Positions 1 through 8,170 of a stretch of DNA of 40,159 nucleotides are shown piece by piece; the stretch's first letter is position 1; the number at the start of each line of letters is the position of its first letter. Origin of the DNA: a virus; UHGV virus genome UHGV-0014911. One strand, given 5' to 3'. The translations under genes were made by a program, and so were the position numbers. The notes below the pieces were generated by a model. It was not told where the DNA came from and did no database searches. It saw only the letters and a list, made by a program, of their open reading frames with translations.

Positions 1-90
1 TTGCCTCCCCCCCGTTGATGGGTAAAATAGCCGCAATTTTTCGTTTTCAACAAGCGCGGCGCGATGCCGCTTACTCAAGAAGAAAGAATT

Positions 91-165
91 ATGACGTTGT
101 CTCCTTATTTGCAAGAGGTGGCGAAGCGCCGCACTTTTGCCATTATTTCTCACCCCAATAATTAA
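91..165 (+). pseudogene. prfC: 5' fragment of a peptide chain release factor 3 gene: 22 codons ([22 protein letters not shown]) then two foreign codons and a stop; candidate attL junction
   Basis: ATG at 91 translates to [22 protein letters not shown], which I recall as the N-terminus of enterobacterial RF3, just before its GTP-binding loop. The frame then reads NN-stop instead of continuing, and the DNA turns AT-rich. An integrase gene follows 220 bp downstream. Confidence 0.55.
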
Positions 166-319
166 GCCTAAATTAAAGCTCTTTTACTTTTTCAAAGTCC
201 TTTCAGTTAATTGATGTTTGGTTTTATAAGTCATTTAAATACAGTTAGTTATGTGGCTTCTTTAATTGAAAATTCTTTCATGTAACTTTAAATCGATCAG
301 GTTGCTTTCATCAAAAATC

Positions 320-376
320 TGTACATATGCTTGTACATAATGTACAAAGCAGCAGAGGTGTTTTGCGATTTGTACA
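320..376. promoter_or_regulatory. Cluster of four TGTACA hexamers directly upstream of the integrase start, including a 17-bp palindrome TTGTACATAATGTACAA (331-347); candidate integrase-promoter operator or arm-type recombination sites
   Basis: TGTACA occurs at 320, 333, 341 and 371, within 60 bp and ending 10 bp before the int ATG at 386. The middle two form perfect 8-bp inverted arms. Confidence 0.4.
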
Positions 377-385
377 AGGTGAGTA

Positions 386-1621
386 ATGGCGCTGTCTGAT
401 GCGTGGTTGCGTTCAGTCGTTGGAAAGGAACGTGATAAGGTTTTGGTTAAATCCGATCGTGATGGTCTGTCTGTCAGAGTATCACCGAAAGGTCGCGTAG
501 TGTTCCAATATCGTTATCAATGGGCAGGGAAAGGTGAGCGCCTTGATATCGGAACTTACCCGGCAACTGGATTAAAAGAGGCCAGAGAAGAAGTTATCCG
601 TCTCCGTGGTGAACTCGAGTCAAACCGCAATCCACGATTAGTCAAGCAGGCTGAAAAACGAAAAGCTACTGAAGCCATGACGGTAGAGTCTGTGATCTGT
701 GCCTGGTATGAAGCATATTGTGTAAAAAATAAAAAAGGTTCTGAACAGATACTCCGCTCGTTTGAGCTGCACCTGTTCTCTAAAATCGGGAATATCCCTC
801 ACGATGCAGCTACATTGCATGATTGGTTAGAAGTCCTGGAGCCTCTTAGCACCAAGACTCCAGCAATAGTAGACCGATTGCTAATTAACGCAAAGCAGGC
901 TCATGTCTGGGCGTATAAGAGAAAGCTCATTGAAACTCGCCCACTGTCGGATATCACGGGTAAAGATATGGATATCCGTAAAGGTCAGAAAAAACGGTTT
1001 CTGACACATGATGAAATTAACATCCTTTATGCTGCGATCGATGGTTCTCGAATGGTTCCTAAATACCGAGCCTTCATTAAACTATTGCTGCATTTTGGTT
1101 GCCGTAGTTCAGAGCTAATTACTGCTAGGGTGGATGATTTTGATTTCATAAATAAGGTATGGACTGTACCACCAGAACGACATAAGACTGGGGACATAAC
1201 AGGCGAACCGCTAAAGCGGCCCATTATTGAACCGGTTGAAGAGCTTATAAAATACGTTATCTCTATGAACAACGGTTCCGATATGCTTTTTACTAAGGAA
1301 GGAAGCAGGGAGCCAGTTGGTCGGACATCATTGCAGTCGCTGCCTTACAATTTAATGCAGTTCGCATGGCGACGTTTGGGGTATCAATTTCCTCATTGGT
1401 CTCTTCATGATTTGAGACGAACAGCACGAACAAACTTTTCTGATCTTACTGCTCCTCATATTGCTGAAATAATGCTTGGTCATAAACTGCCAGGTGTATG
1501 GCAAGTTTATGATAAGAGCGATTATCTAGAAGAACAGCGTAAAGCTTACTGGGCATGGTGGGAGAGGGTTGAATCGATCGTTACTTGTACTGACTTAATC
1601 TCCAACGGACAGTTTGCGTAG
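386..1621 (+). CDS. int: Tyrosine site-specific integrase (P4/CP4-57-like, N-terminal arm-binding domain)
   Basis: 411-aa ORF with RBS AGGTGA before the ATG. The C-terminus carries the tyrosine recombinase signature (HDLRRTARTN ... LGHK ... VYDKSDY). It sits next to the apparent attachment junction. Confidence 0.9.
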   Translation: MALSDAWLRSVVGKERDKVLVKSDRDGLSVRVSPKGRVVFQYRYQWAGKGERLDIGTYPATGLKEAREEVIRLRGELESNRNPRLVKQAEKRKATEAMTVESVICAWYEAYCVKNKKGSEQILRSFELHLFSKIGNIPHDAATLHDWLEVLEPLSTKTPAIVDRLLINAKQAHVWAYKRKLIETRPLSDITGKDMDIRKGQKKRFLTHDEINILYAAIDGSRMVPKYRAFIKLLLHFGCRSSELITARVDDFDFINKVWTVPPERHKTGDITGEPLKRPIIEPVEELIKYVISMNNGSDMLFTKEGSREPVGRTSLQSLPYNLMQFAWRRLGYQFPHWSLHDLRRTARTNFSDLTAPHIAEIMLGHKLPGVWQVYDKSDYLEEQRKAYWAWWERVESIVTCTDLISNGQFA

Positions 1622-1779
1622 CCAGAGCGTAATCATATCTGCCAGTCCGCTGCGGATACCTTGTGTACTGGGTTTTTAGCCAGACTACGTTAACCGGTAG
1701 CTTCAGTATTTGGGGTGTCGGCAGGAGTTTGATGGTTTATTGGGTTACTGTGGGACTAAGGATGTAGGGATGCCAATCG

Positions 1780-2913
1780 ATGAATTATGAAAAATATCAT
1801 AGCACAAACAGAAGCAAGGGTTTGCGAACCTTCTGCTACTTAATTTATTATGTGCAGGTGATTTTTAATGTGATGAAGTGTTTTATGACTCGCGGAAACT
1901 TTGATTTTATAAACTCTAACGTGGTTTTCTCAGAAGCCGATAAGTCATTGTGGATTGATCTCATTAACACCGATTGTATTTGGTATGATATGATAATTAA
2001 TCCTCCTGATGATATAAGAACAAATAAGATAATAAAGAACTATCTCAGAATTATGGAAAAATATACGAGGGAAAGCTGTGAAAAGAGATTTATTTATTTC
2101 TTAGGTTCAAGAAAAAAAGTGAGGTTTTCAACCAAGAAACAGCCTAGGTATAACCCATTCACAAAAAATATAGTATTCACTCTGTTGATTGGCAAAGAAG
2201 AGCGAAAGCTTCGGATAAAATATTCCTTTTGCACGTTTACGCAGAATGGGGTAGTGAAGGTAACTCCAAATGTTAGAGTAACTGAGAAGTTTCTCTACAT
2301 TGAATATGAAAATGGCAATTTATGTGTGATGTCAGTTCATGATTTCGTAAACGGACATTATATTGATTTAGGAATTCATACAGAAGTGCATTACGTAGGA
2401 TATACACGTCATCCGCATCGGCGCCCTGTTGATTTTATTCACCGTGGCTTATCAAAGATGCTGTATAGCGTTTCAAATGACGATAATGATTTTTTTGTTT
2501 GTTTTAGTATATTTAATCCAAGGATTATATCTCTGAATAATAAATGTAATGTGGTCTTTAATATTTCAAATTCTCTACTGGATGAAATTGATGTTGATAA
2601 TGAGGGGAGAATTATTGAAAACTGCTTAATACGTTACTTTGATCCTAAGCTTCAAGATGATGACAAGGAAAGTAAAAGGTCAGATTTAAATAAAATGTTT
2701 ATGGACCTGGTGGAAAATAAAAAAATTAAAAAAATATACGTTAATTTTCAATATGAAAGGAATAATGAGTATTTCTGCTTTTACTCTAAAGTTGTTCCGC
2801 CGAAATTTCATCATTTCTTTGTGTTGGATTTTTCTGATGGCAAGATAAATATTGATAGAGACCAGGATATGATGACTCAGATGGCATTGTGCATGGGGTA
2901 TTATAATTATTAA
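1780..2913 (+). CDS. Hypothetical protein, AT-rich orphan cargo gene; start codon uncertain (alternative ATG at 1873)
   Basis: 377-codon open frame in visibly AT-rich DNA with Lys/Asn/Ile/Phe-rich composition, in sharp contrast to the flanking phage genes. No motif recognised by eye. It occupies the integrase-adjacent slot where related phages carry conversion or defence cargo. Confidence 0.5.
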   Translation: MNYEKYHSTNRSKGLRTFCYLIYYVQVIFNVMKCFMTRGNFDFINSNVVFSEADKSLWIDLINTDCIWYDMIINPPDDIRTNKIIKNYLRIMEKYTRESCEKRFIYFLGSRKKVRFSTKKQPRYNPFTKNIVFTLLIGKEERKLRIKYSFCTFTQNGVVKVTPNVRVTEKFLYIEYENGNLCVMSVHDFVNGHYIDLGIHTEVHYVGYTRHPHRRPVDFIHRGLSKMLYSVSNDDNDFFVCFSIFNPRIISLNNKCNVVFNISNSLLDEIDVDNEGRIIENCLIRYFDPKLQDDDKESKRSDLNKMFMDLVENKKIKKIYVNFQYERNNEYFCFYSKVVPPKFHHFFVLDFSDGKINIDRDQDMMTQMALCMGYYNY

Positions 2914-3122
2914 TATTTCGCCTGATGCCAACTCAAAATCTTTTTTGTCGCATCCATTGTGGATTAATATTCAGAGGTAAGGGGTATCTGCGGAATTTAT
3001 ATTTTGCAGGATGAGCATACAATACATGATATAACATCTGTTTTTGGCACAGAGCATATAGTCAGATTATGTTTAGTTCTGTGCCATAGATGGATATTAT
3101 CTCACCTCTTGGCTAACTCTCA

Positions 3123-3317
3123 TTACTCAATAACTCCAGCAAATCTGTATATTTTGCGTGATGCCCATTTATTTGGGCAGGATTTAATATCAGGATCTGG
3201 AAAATCTGGCCTGTATTTCTGGCCTGTCCTCCTGTTTACGCTGTTCCAGCGAAGCACCGTCGATATTGAAACGCCACAGAATTCGGCGACTTGTTTTGTT
3301 GTCATTAAGTTGCTCAT
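3123..3317 (-). CDS. AlpA-family small DNA-binding protein (excisionase/regulator-like)
   Basis: 64 aa with RBS GGAGG 7 nt upstream of the ATG at 3317. Pattern HTH ... TVLRW ... YRPDFPDP ... W resembles the AlpA/Xis-like family typical of P4-type integrase modules. Confidence 0.55.
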   Translation of the reverse strand: MSNLMTTKQVAEFCGVSISTVLRWNSVNRRTGQKYRPDFPDPDIKSCPNKWASRKIYRFAGVIE

Positions 3318-3351
3318 TGCTACCCCTCCAGCGGTTGTTCAGTTGAAAGAC

Positions 3352-3888
3352 TCATGCGCATGTGCGTAACTCCGATAACTCGTTAAAGCGTTCCATAAAC
3401 ATCCCGTAGGCATGGCCTGGCGACAGTGGAATAACTTTGAACATCTCTGTGGCAGAGATGCCTTCCAGTACTGGCCAGAAAGAGCCATCATCAAGCCCGA
3501 GATCGCGGCGTTCGGTTGCCAGCATGATGAGATCGGCATATTTCACGGGTGTACTCATAACCGGGGGTAACCCGTATTTCTCACGGATTACTGTGTCTAT
3601 TTTTTCTTCCATCCGTTTATAGTCAGGAAGAAAGCGTTTCAGTGGTGCGGGGATGTCCTGGCAATACGCTTCTGTTGCATCATGCATTAACGCTTCAAAA
3701 GCAAATTCCTGCGGTACCAGCTGGCTGCAAAGCACCGCATGTTGGGCGACGCTGTAGAAGTGTGAAAGATGACCGGCAAAGCGACAGATATTTGAAAGGG
3801 AAACCGCGATATCGTTAATATCGATGTCGTCTTTATTTATCCTGTCATAATAAAAATGCTTCCCGGAAAAAGTTTTAATAAATGACAT
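3352..3888 (-). CDS. HD-domain metal-dependent phosphohydrolase (YfdR-like)
   Basis: Start placed at the internal ATG at 3888 (RBS GGAGA 5 nt upstream), giving 178 aa. His and HD motifs present (FAGHLSHFYSVAQHA; ALMHDATEAY). Confidence 0.7.
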   Translation of the reverse strand: MSFIKTFSGKHFYYDRINKDDIDINDIAVSLSNICRFAGHLSHFYSVAQHAVLCSQLVPQEFAFEALMHDATEAYCQDIPAPLKRFLPDYKRMEEKIDTVIREKYGLPPVMSTPVKYADLIMLATERRDLGLDDGSFWPVLEGISATEMFKVIPLSPGHAYGMFMERFNELSELRTCA

Positions 3889-4015
3889 TTTGTTCTCCAC
3901 GTATATGCGTTGCACTGTGCTGAATTCTGGTAAAAGGAAGCCCTCACCATCTGGCGATTATTGGGTAAATTATGTTTACATAAATGCCCCCGCAGGGGCA
4001 TTTGCAGTAATGAAA

Positions 4016-4840
4016 TCAGGCGGTGAAAGTACCAATAAAGGTTTCTACTTTGCTGTCTTTGAATTTCTCAACAAGCAGATCACGAAATTCGTTAGCCATT
4101 TCTTCCTGCACCGCTTCCAGCTGAATAATGCGCAGAACCAGTACAGGACGATCGCCAGTGATAATGCTGAGGCGTAATTTAAACGGACGTTCTTTCAGAC
4201 CTTCAAACGGAACGCATTTAAATTCAAATGCCACTGGCATAATGTCTTTGGTCTTCGCTTCGACAGACTCCATCAGGGAGCGTTTGCCGCTGAAGTCATT
4301 ATCTTCAAAATCAGCGGTCTGGTTCGCTTCAATTGTGATTTTACGGATCGCCGCAGCCGCTTTGGTTGCCTGAATGGCGTCACCATTAGCATCAAAGCCC
4401 ACAAGGTAGTCGGCCCAGTCTTCAATCCATTCTGCCAGTGATTTCTGGGAGTTACGCTCGCCGTTAACAGACAACAGGGCAGAGAACGGTGCTGTCTTTT
4501 TCAGTTTGAGAGTGGCGGTGTTATCTGCGTGACCTGGTTCATCAATAGTACCCAGGTTAAGCACACTGACGGCACGCATATTATCAGCATCGATAAAGCA
4601 GCGGGTGCCTTCATCTGCAAGATCTTTAGAATAACGGGTAAAGTCATCGATGCTGGCAGTGGAAAGCGCACCACGGAAACGGAAGCGATTTAAATTAAAT
4701 TTTTCCAGATCATGAATGCGGAAATTCTCAGGCAATGCCACAGCATCGGCACCAATCTTACTGATAATTTCATTAACACCCTGAGCAGAAATAAGGGCAT
4801 GGATTTGATTAATTGCGGTTGCGTCTAAGTTCTGAGACAT
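4016..4840 (-). CDS. Conserved prophage protein, YfdQ-like (DUF2303-type), 274 aa
   Basis: Long ORF of the length and position I recall for YfdQ in the CPS-53/KplE1 early block, in the same leftward orientation as its neighbours. Confidence 0.5.
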   Translation of the reverse strand: MSQNLDATAINQIHALISAQGVNEIISKIGADAVALPENFRIHDLEKFNLNRFRFRGALSTASIDDFTRYSKDLADEGTRCFIDADNMRAVSVLNLGTIDEPGHADNTATLKLKKTAPFSALLSVNGERNSQKSLAEWIEDWADYLVGFDANGDAIQATKAAAAIRKITIEANQTADFEDNDFSGKRSLMESVEAKTKDIMPVAFEFKCVPFEGLKERPFKLRLSIITGDRPVLVLRIIQLEAVQEEMANEFRDLLVEKFKDSKVETFIGTFTA

Positions 4841-4905
4841 AATAAGTCCTCACTATATTAAGATATTCAGTGATGAGATAAATAATCAGTTAATTAAGAA
4901 CGATA

Positions 4906-5268
4906 TTAATGACCTGCTGCGCGGAGTTTTCCGTCAGGTTCACCGGCAAGAGTCAGTAATTGTCCCTGGTCTTCCTGCAGAATAGTCAGGCGACCACCGC
5001 GATTGACATACATCGGCGTTTCGGTGGTGTCTTCTTCGGAAATTTTCCCGCGGTTAGTCGGACGAACATATGAGAGTTTGTGTTTTATTTTCACACGGTT
5101 CTCATCAAACGGTTCGATTTCCAGGTTGAGCGAGACCTTCCCTTTGGTTTTCGTGTTCATCACACCTGAAGCGACTTCACTGAGAACAGCGCCGATTTTG
5201 GTTTCAAATACGCCGCCGTCCAGCTCCCCGATAAATGCCTGCACATCAGTACTGCGTTCGCTAGCCAT
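4906..5268 (-). CDS. Small conserved prophage protein, YfdP-like, 120 aa
   Basis: Start placed at the ATG at 5268 with RBS AGGAG about 7 nt upstream. The track ORF extends further upstream without a ribosome-binding site. Confidence 0.5.
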   Translation of the reverse strand: MASERSTDVQAFIGELDGGVFETKIGAVLSEVASGVMNTKTKGKVSLNLEIEPFDENRVKIKHKLSYVRPTNRGKISEEDTTETPMYVNRGGRLTILQEDQGQLLTLAGEPDGKLRAAGH

Positions 5269-5279
5269 TTTGCTGCTCC

Positions 5280-5876
5280 TCATCATATCGACCCTGCAAG
5301 GTCGGTTGGTTTCTCCACAAAACAGAGAAGAACACCTGCGGTGGCAGCCGCCCGGGTGGATTGGGTTATGAGCCCGTCGTCCGGTGATGCTCTTCTCTGT
5401 TTTGTAAAAAGAGCGGTACCAGCCGGAAGCAAGTGTACAAACTGGTACCGCCAAAGCAGTGGCTGTTGTGGTGGGCTTGTCACTTAAGCGTATGGTCAAC
5501 CTGACAACCCGGTGTCCTCAACGGGGAAGGAATAACCCCGCCATACTTACCGCCGCGCCATTTCGCGGATTACCACAACGCTGAGAGCACTTAGCCAGTT
5601 ACGGCACCATACTTTGTCGCGGTTCCATAAATGCCCTCATCGTTGCACCCTGGTCTCTTCCCAGGCGTCAAACCGAATCGCCACGCTGGTTAGGCGTCTT
5701 ATCAGCATCATCATTGACTTGCACATTCCGGCTACCTGGTTTGTTTGCCCGAGCAAGGAGTGGATTGTCCCCTTTAACGTCACCAGACCGCTAACGACGC
5801 ATGTGCCATACGCCGTGTTACAACCAAATTTTGTTAGTACCTTGTTTGTATGTCTGGAAAGAAAGATAAAATGAAG
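5280..5876 (-). promoter_or_regulatory. About 600-bp non-coding, structure-rich leader of the leftward early operon (candidate cis-regulatory RNA, processing or attenuation element)
   Basis: No convincing ORF on either strand. Contains a 15-bp perfect inverted repeat ACAAAACAGAGAAGA (5317-5331) / TCTTCTCTGTTTTGT (5391-5405) around a GC-rich 59-nt spacer, plus hairpins CGACC-N6-GGTCG (5289-5304), GTACCAG-N19-CTGGTAC (5416-5448) and GGGG-N9-CCCC (about 5524-5540). Confidence 0.35.
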
Positions 5877-5915
5877 TTGCGCATTATGCAAGTGTTTTTA
5901 TTGCGAGATATGCAA
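5877..5915 (-). promoter_or_regulatory. Candidate OL operators: two TTGC-N7-GCAA palindromes (leftward early promoter region)
   Basis: TTGCgcattatGCAA (5877-5891) and TTGCgagatatGCAA (5901-5915). The same motif recurs between the cI-like and cro-like genes. Confidence 0.45.
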
Positions 5916-5932
5916 TTTGGTGGGTAATGAAA

Positions 5933-5950
5933 AGCCACCTTCTGGTGGCT
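5933..5950 (-). terminator. Rho-independent terminator downstream of the repressor gene
   Basis: Hairpin AGCCACC-ttct-GGTGGCT; on the minus strand it is followed by TTTCATT, 20 bp after the repressor stop codon. Confidence 0.5.
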
Positions 5951-5970
5951 AATTGATGTTGAGGTAGGGG

Positions 5971-6663
5971 TTAATTGTGTCGCTTAAGGGTTTGTGACTG
6001 ACTGATTAAGACCTTTCCAAAGACCATAAACCGATGTTCGTTTTCGCTGGTAATTCCCCATTCGCGGTAAATCTGATTATCAGAAATTACCAGCAGTTTA
6101 TCAGGTATCATTTGCAGTCGTTTGACGTAAATTTTATCATCAAAACCAAATACATATATACCATCCCCATCAAACTGATTGATACTGATATCAACGAAGA
6201 TGAGATCTCCTGGCTCAATGGTTGGACACATACTGTCCCCACGAACGTTGATAACTTTAATGTGATTTGCTGGTCGTCCACCAAACATCGATACAGCATT
6301 ATCAGTTCTGTATTCAATGGCATGAATCACATCAATGACATCACCGCCCTGGATAAGGCCATTTCCCGCACTGGCACTGACATCCAGCATTTCAATACGG
6401 AATACATCCTTCACCTGCGCAACATCCTCACTAATACTGTTTTTACATACAGTATTACTTTTGAGGTCTGAGGTAAAGAGATCAGCAATATCAACACCTA
6501 AGCTCCTGGCAATATTACTCAGGGCTTGTTCAGTGAATTGTTTCTGCTTACCTGTTTCGAGGCGCGAGATATTCGCCGCATCCACTCCTATTGCTTCAGC
6601 GAGATCGGCGATTTTCATGTTCTTCGCCTGGCGAAGTTGTCTGACTCGATTTCCTATGTTCAT
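5971..6663 (-). CDS. CI-like phage repressor (N-terminal XRE-type HTH plus C-terminal S24/LexA-like autopeptidase domain)
   Basis: 230 aa. HTH near the N-terminus (KIADLAEAIGVDAANISRLETGK), Ala-Gly cleavage site (SASAGNG), and Ser/Lys dyad motifs (VRGDSMCPTIEPGDLIFVD; YVKRL). Confidence 0.9.
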   Translation of the reverse strand: MNIGNRVRQLRQAKNMKIADLAEAIGVDAANISRLETGKQKQFTEQALSNIARSLGVDIADLFTSDLKSNTVCKNSISEDVAQVKDVFRIEMLDVSASAGNGLIQGGDVIDVIHAIEYRTDNAVSMFGGRPANHIKVINVRGDSMCPTIEPGDLIFVDISINQFDGDGIYVFGFDDKIYVKRLQMIPDKLLVISDNQIYREWGITSENEHRFMVFGKVLISQSQTLKRHN

Positions 6664-6683
6664 GCGTTTATTACATTTCTTTA

Positions 6684-6746
6684 TTGCGCGTTAAGCAAAT
6701 CAACTTGCGCAAAATATTTGCGTGAAATAATATGCTCATCACGCAA
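6684..6746. promoter_or_regulatory. Candidate OR operator region between divergent repressor and cro-like genes (PRM/PR)
   Basis: TTGCgcgttaaGCAA (6684-6698), a related near-palindrome around 6705-6722, and aTGCtcatcacGCAA (6733-6746) lie in the 97-bp intergenic region. Confidence 0.45.
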
Positions 6747-6760
6747 TATGTGGAGGTTAT

Positions 6761-7021
6761 ATGCAATCACCATTACGGAATGTGCGTAAGGCGCACGGAT
6801 TTACTTTGCAGCATGTTGCTGCGGGCGTTCAGGTCAATCCAGCGACGCTGAGTCGTATTGAAAGACTGGAACAAATTCCATCTATCGATCTTGCAGAACG
6901 TCTGGCCAATTTTTTTAAGGGTGAAATCAGCGAAATGCAGATTCTTTATCCGGCACGTTTTCAATCTAGCCAAAACCAGAATGGGTTTAAACCACAGGAA
7001 CAGGAGGTAAGCCGTGGGTAA
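6761..7021 (+). CDS. Cro-like XRE-family HTH regulator
   Basis: 86 aa, HTH motif (LQHVAAGVQVNPATLSRIE), RBS GGAGG 4 nt before the ATG, divergent from the repressor. Confidence 0.75.
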   Translation: MQSPLRNVRKAHGFTLQHVAAGVQVNPATLSRIERLEQIPSIDLAERLANFFKGEISEMQILYPARFQSSQNQNGFKPQEQEVSRG

Positions 7022-7571
7022 TCATCACTGGAAAGTGGAAAAACAGCCTGAGTGGTACGTGAAAGCTGTCAGAAAAACTATCGCGGCGTTGCCGGGGGGT
7101 TACGCTGAAGCTGCTGAGTGGCTGGATGTAACAGAGAACGCATTATTCAACCGCCTTCGTGCAGATGGCGATCAGATTTTCCCGCTGGGATGGGCAATGA
7201 TTTTACAACGTGCTGGTGGAACTCACTTCATTGCTGACGCTGTGGCGCAGTCTGCAAATGGCGTCTTTGTGTCTCTTCCTGACGTCGAGGATGTGGACAA
7301 CGCCGATATTAACCAGCGTCTGCTGGAAGTCATCGAACAGATCGGGAGTTACTCAAAGCAGATTCGTTCGGCAATCGAAGATGGGGTAGTGGAACCGCAT
7401 GAGAAGACAGCAATTAACGACGAACTGTATCTTTCAATTTCGAAGCTCCAGGAGCATGCAGCACTGGTCTACAAAATCTTCTGCGCTCCAGAAAAGAGTA
7501 ACGCCCGCGAGTGTGCAGCTCCGGGCGTCGTGGCGTCGATTGCTTCTGGTTGTGGAGAAACTAACGCATGA
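7014..7571 (+). CDS. Early-region protein, possibly a CII-like regulator by position (family not confirmed)
   Basis: 185 aa, GTG start with RBS AGGAGG 5 nt upstream, immediately after the cro-like gene. Confidence 0.4.
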   Translation: MGNHHWKVEKQPEWYVKAVRKTIAALPGGYAEAAEWLDVTENALFNRLRADGDQIFPLGWAMILQRAGGTHFIADAVAQSANGVFVSLPDVEDVDNADINQRLLEVIEQIGSYSKQIRSAIEDGVVEPHEKTAINDELYLSISKLQEHAALVYKIFCAPEKSNARECAAPGVVASIASGCGETNA

Positions 7572-7716
7572 ATAGTTTAACGGCAAATAACCGTTTGTCG
7601 CAACAGCTGGTGGTCAGCGTCGCTGAACACCTGTTGTTACGGCATGAATGCAGATTACCAAATCACCTGGCTGTAAGTAACCACAGAGAACTTTACCTGA
7701 TTGTGGGGGGCGAGTT

Positions 7717-7896
7717 GTGCAGGAACTTAACCGCTGGTTTCGTGACGGAAGAGGACTTTATGTTCATGTTATTCGTTGGGAGCCAGAAACACAGCGCGTT
7801 ATCTATCTTCGCAAAGACTACCCGCATGAGTGCTTTAGTCCTTTGTGGAAATTCAGGCGTGATTTTGTTGAGTGTGAAGGACCACCAGCATATTGA
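7717..7896 (+). CDS. Small hypothetical protein (59 aa, GTG start), absent from the ORF track
   Basis: Manual translation gives VQELNRWFRDGRGLYVHVIRWEPETQRVIYLRKDYPHECFSPLWKFRRDFVECEGPPAY, preceded by a G-rich RBS-like run, in a 600-bp stretch otherwise lacking a convincing gene. Confidence 0.3.
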   Translation: MQELNRWFRDGRGLYVHVIRWEPETQRVIYLRKDYPHECFSPLWKFRRDFVECEGPPAY

Positions 7897-8170
7897 TTCT
7901 GCAATTCCGGGACGTTACACTGTCTCTGCACCTTATAAAGCGGGTGCCGGGATTGGCGTCCTGAAATTGTCAACGGCGATGTATGACGCGCCAGCGTCTT
8001 TTTTATCGTCCGCATTTGCTCACATCCAGATTATGGTGGGCTGGGCGGGGGCACCGAAAGGTGCGCCGGTCTCCGTTGACGCCGGTTACGCCAACCCCGT
8101 CCAGTTCACCACCAGTGAAATTGGCGTTTCCGGTGGTGGAAGTTTTTCACTGTCAACGGAGGCTGCCATC

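Noticed and set aside
1-385. tRNA or tmRNA gene as the attachment site next to the integrase
   Set aside because: I found no cloverleaf-like or CCA-terminated acceptor-stem sequence by eye. The junction instead carries a protein-coding 5' fragment; a formal tRNA scan would settle this.
3004-3369. 121-aa plus-strand ORF overlapping the AlpA-like gene
   Set aside because: Overlaps a minus-strand gene that has a strong RBS and a recognisable family pattern. Its sequence is low-complexity with no RBS, so it is most likely a shadow ORF.
5614-5891. ORFs of 84-86 aa on both strands inside the early leader
   Set aside because: No ribosome-binding sites, odd Cys/His-rich composition, and one would start inside the operator motifs. 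The region is better explained as structured non-coding DNA, though a small protein cannot be fully excluded.
7568-8170. 200-codon in-frame N-terminal extension of the Rha ORF
   Set aside because: The Rha-like domain begins right after a good internal start and RBS at 8171, and the upstream translation is low-complexity. I treated the extension as non-coding or unresolved.
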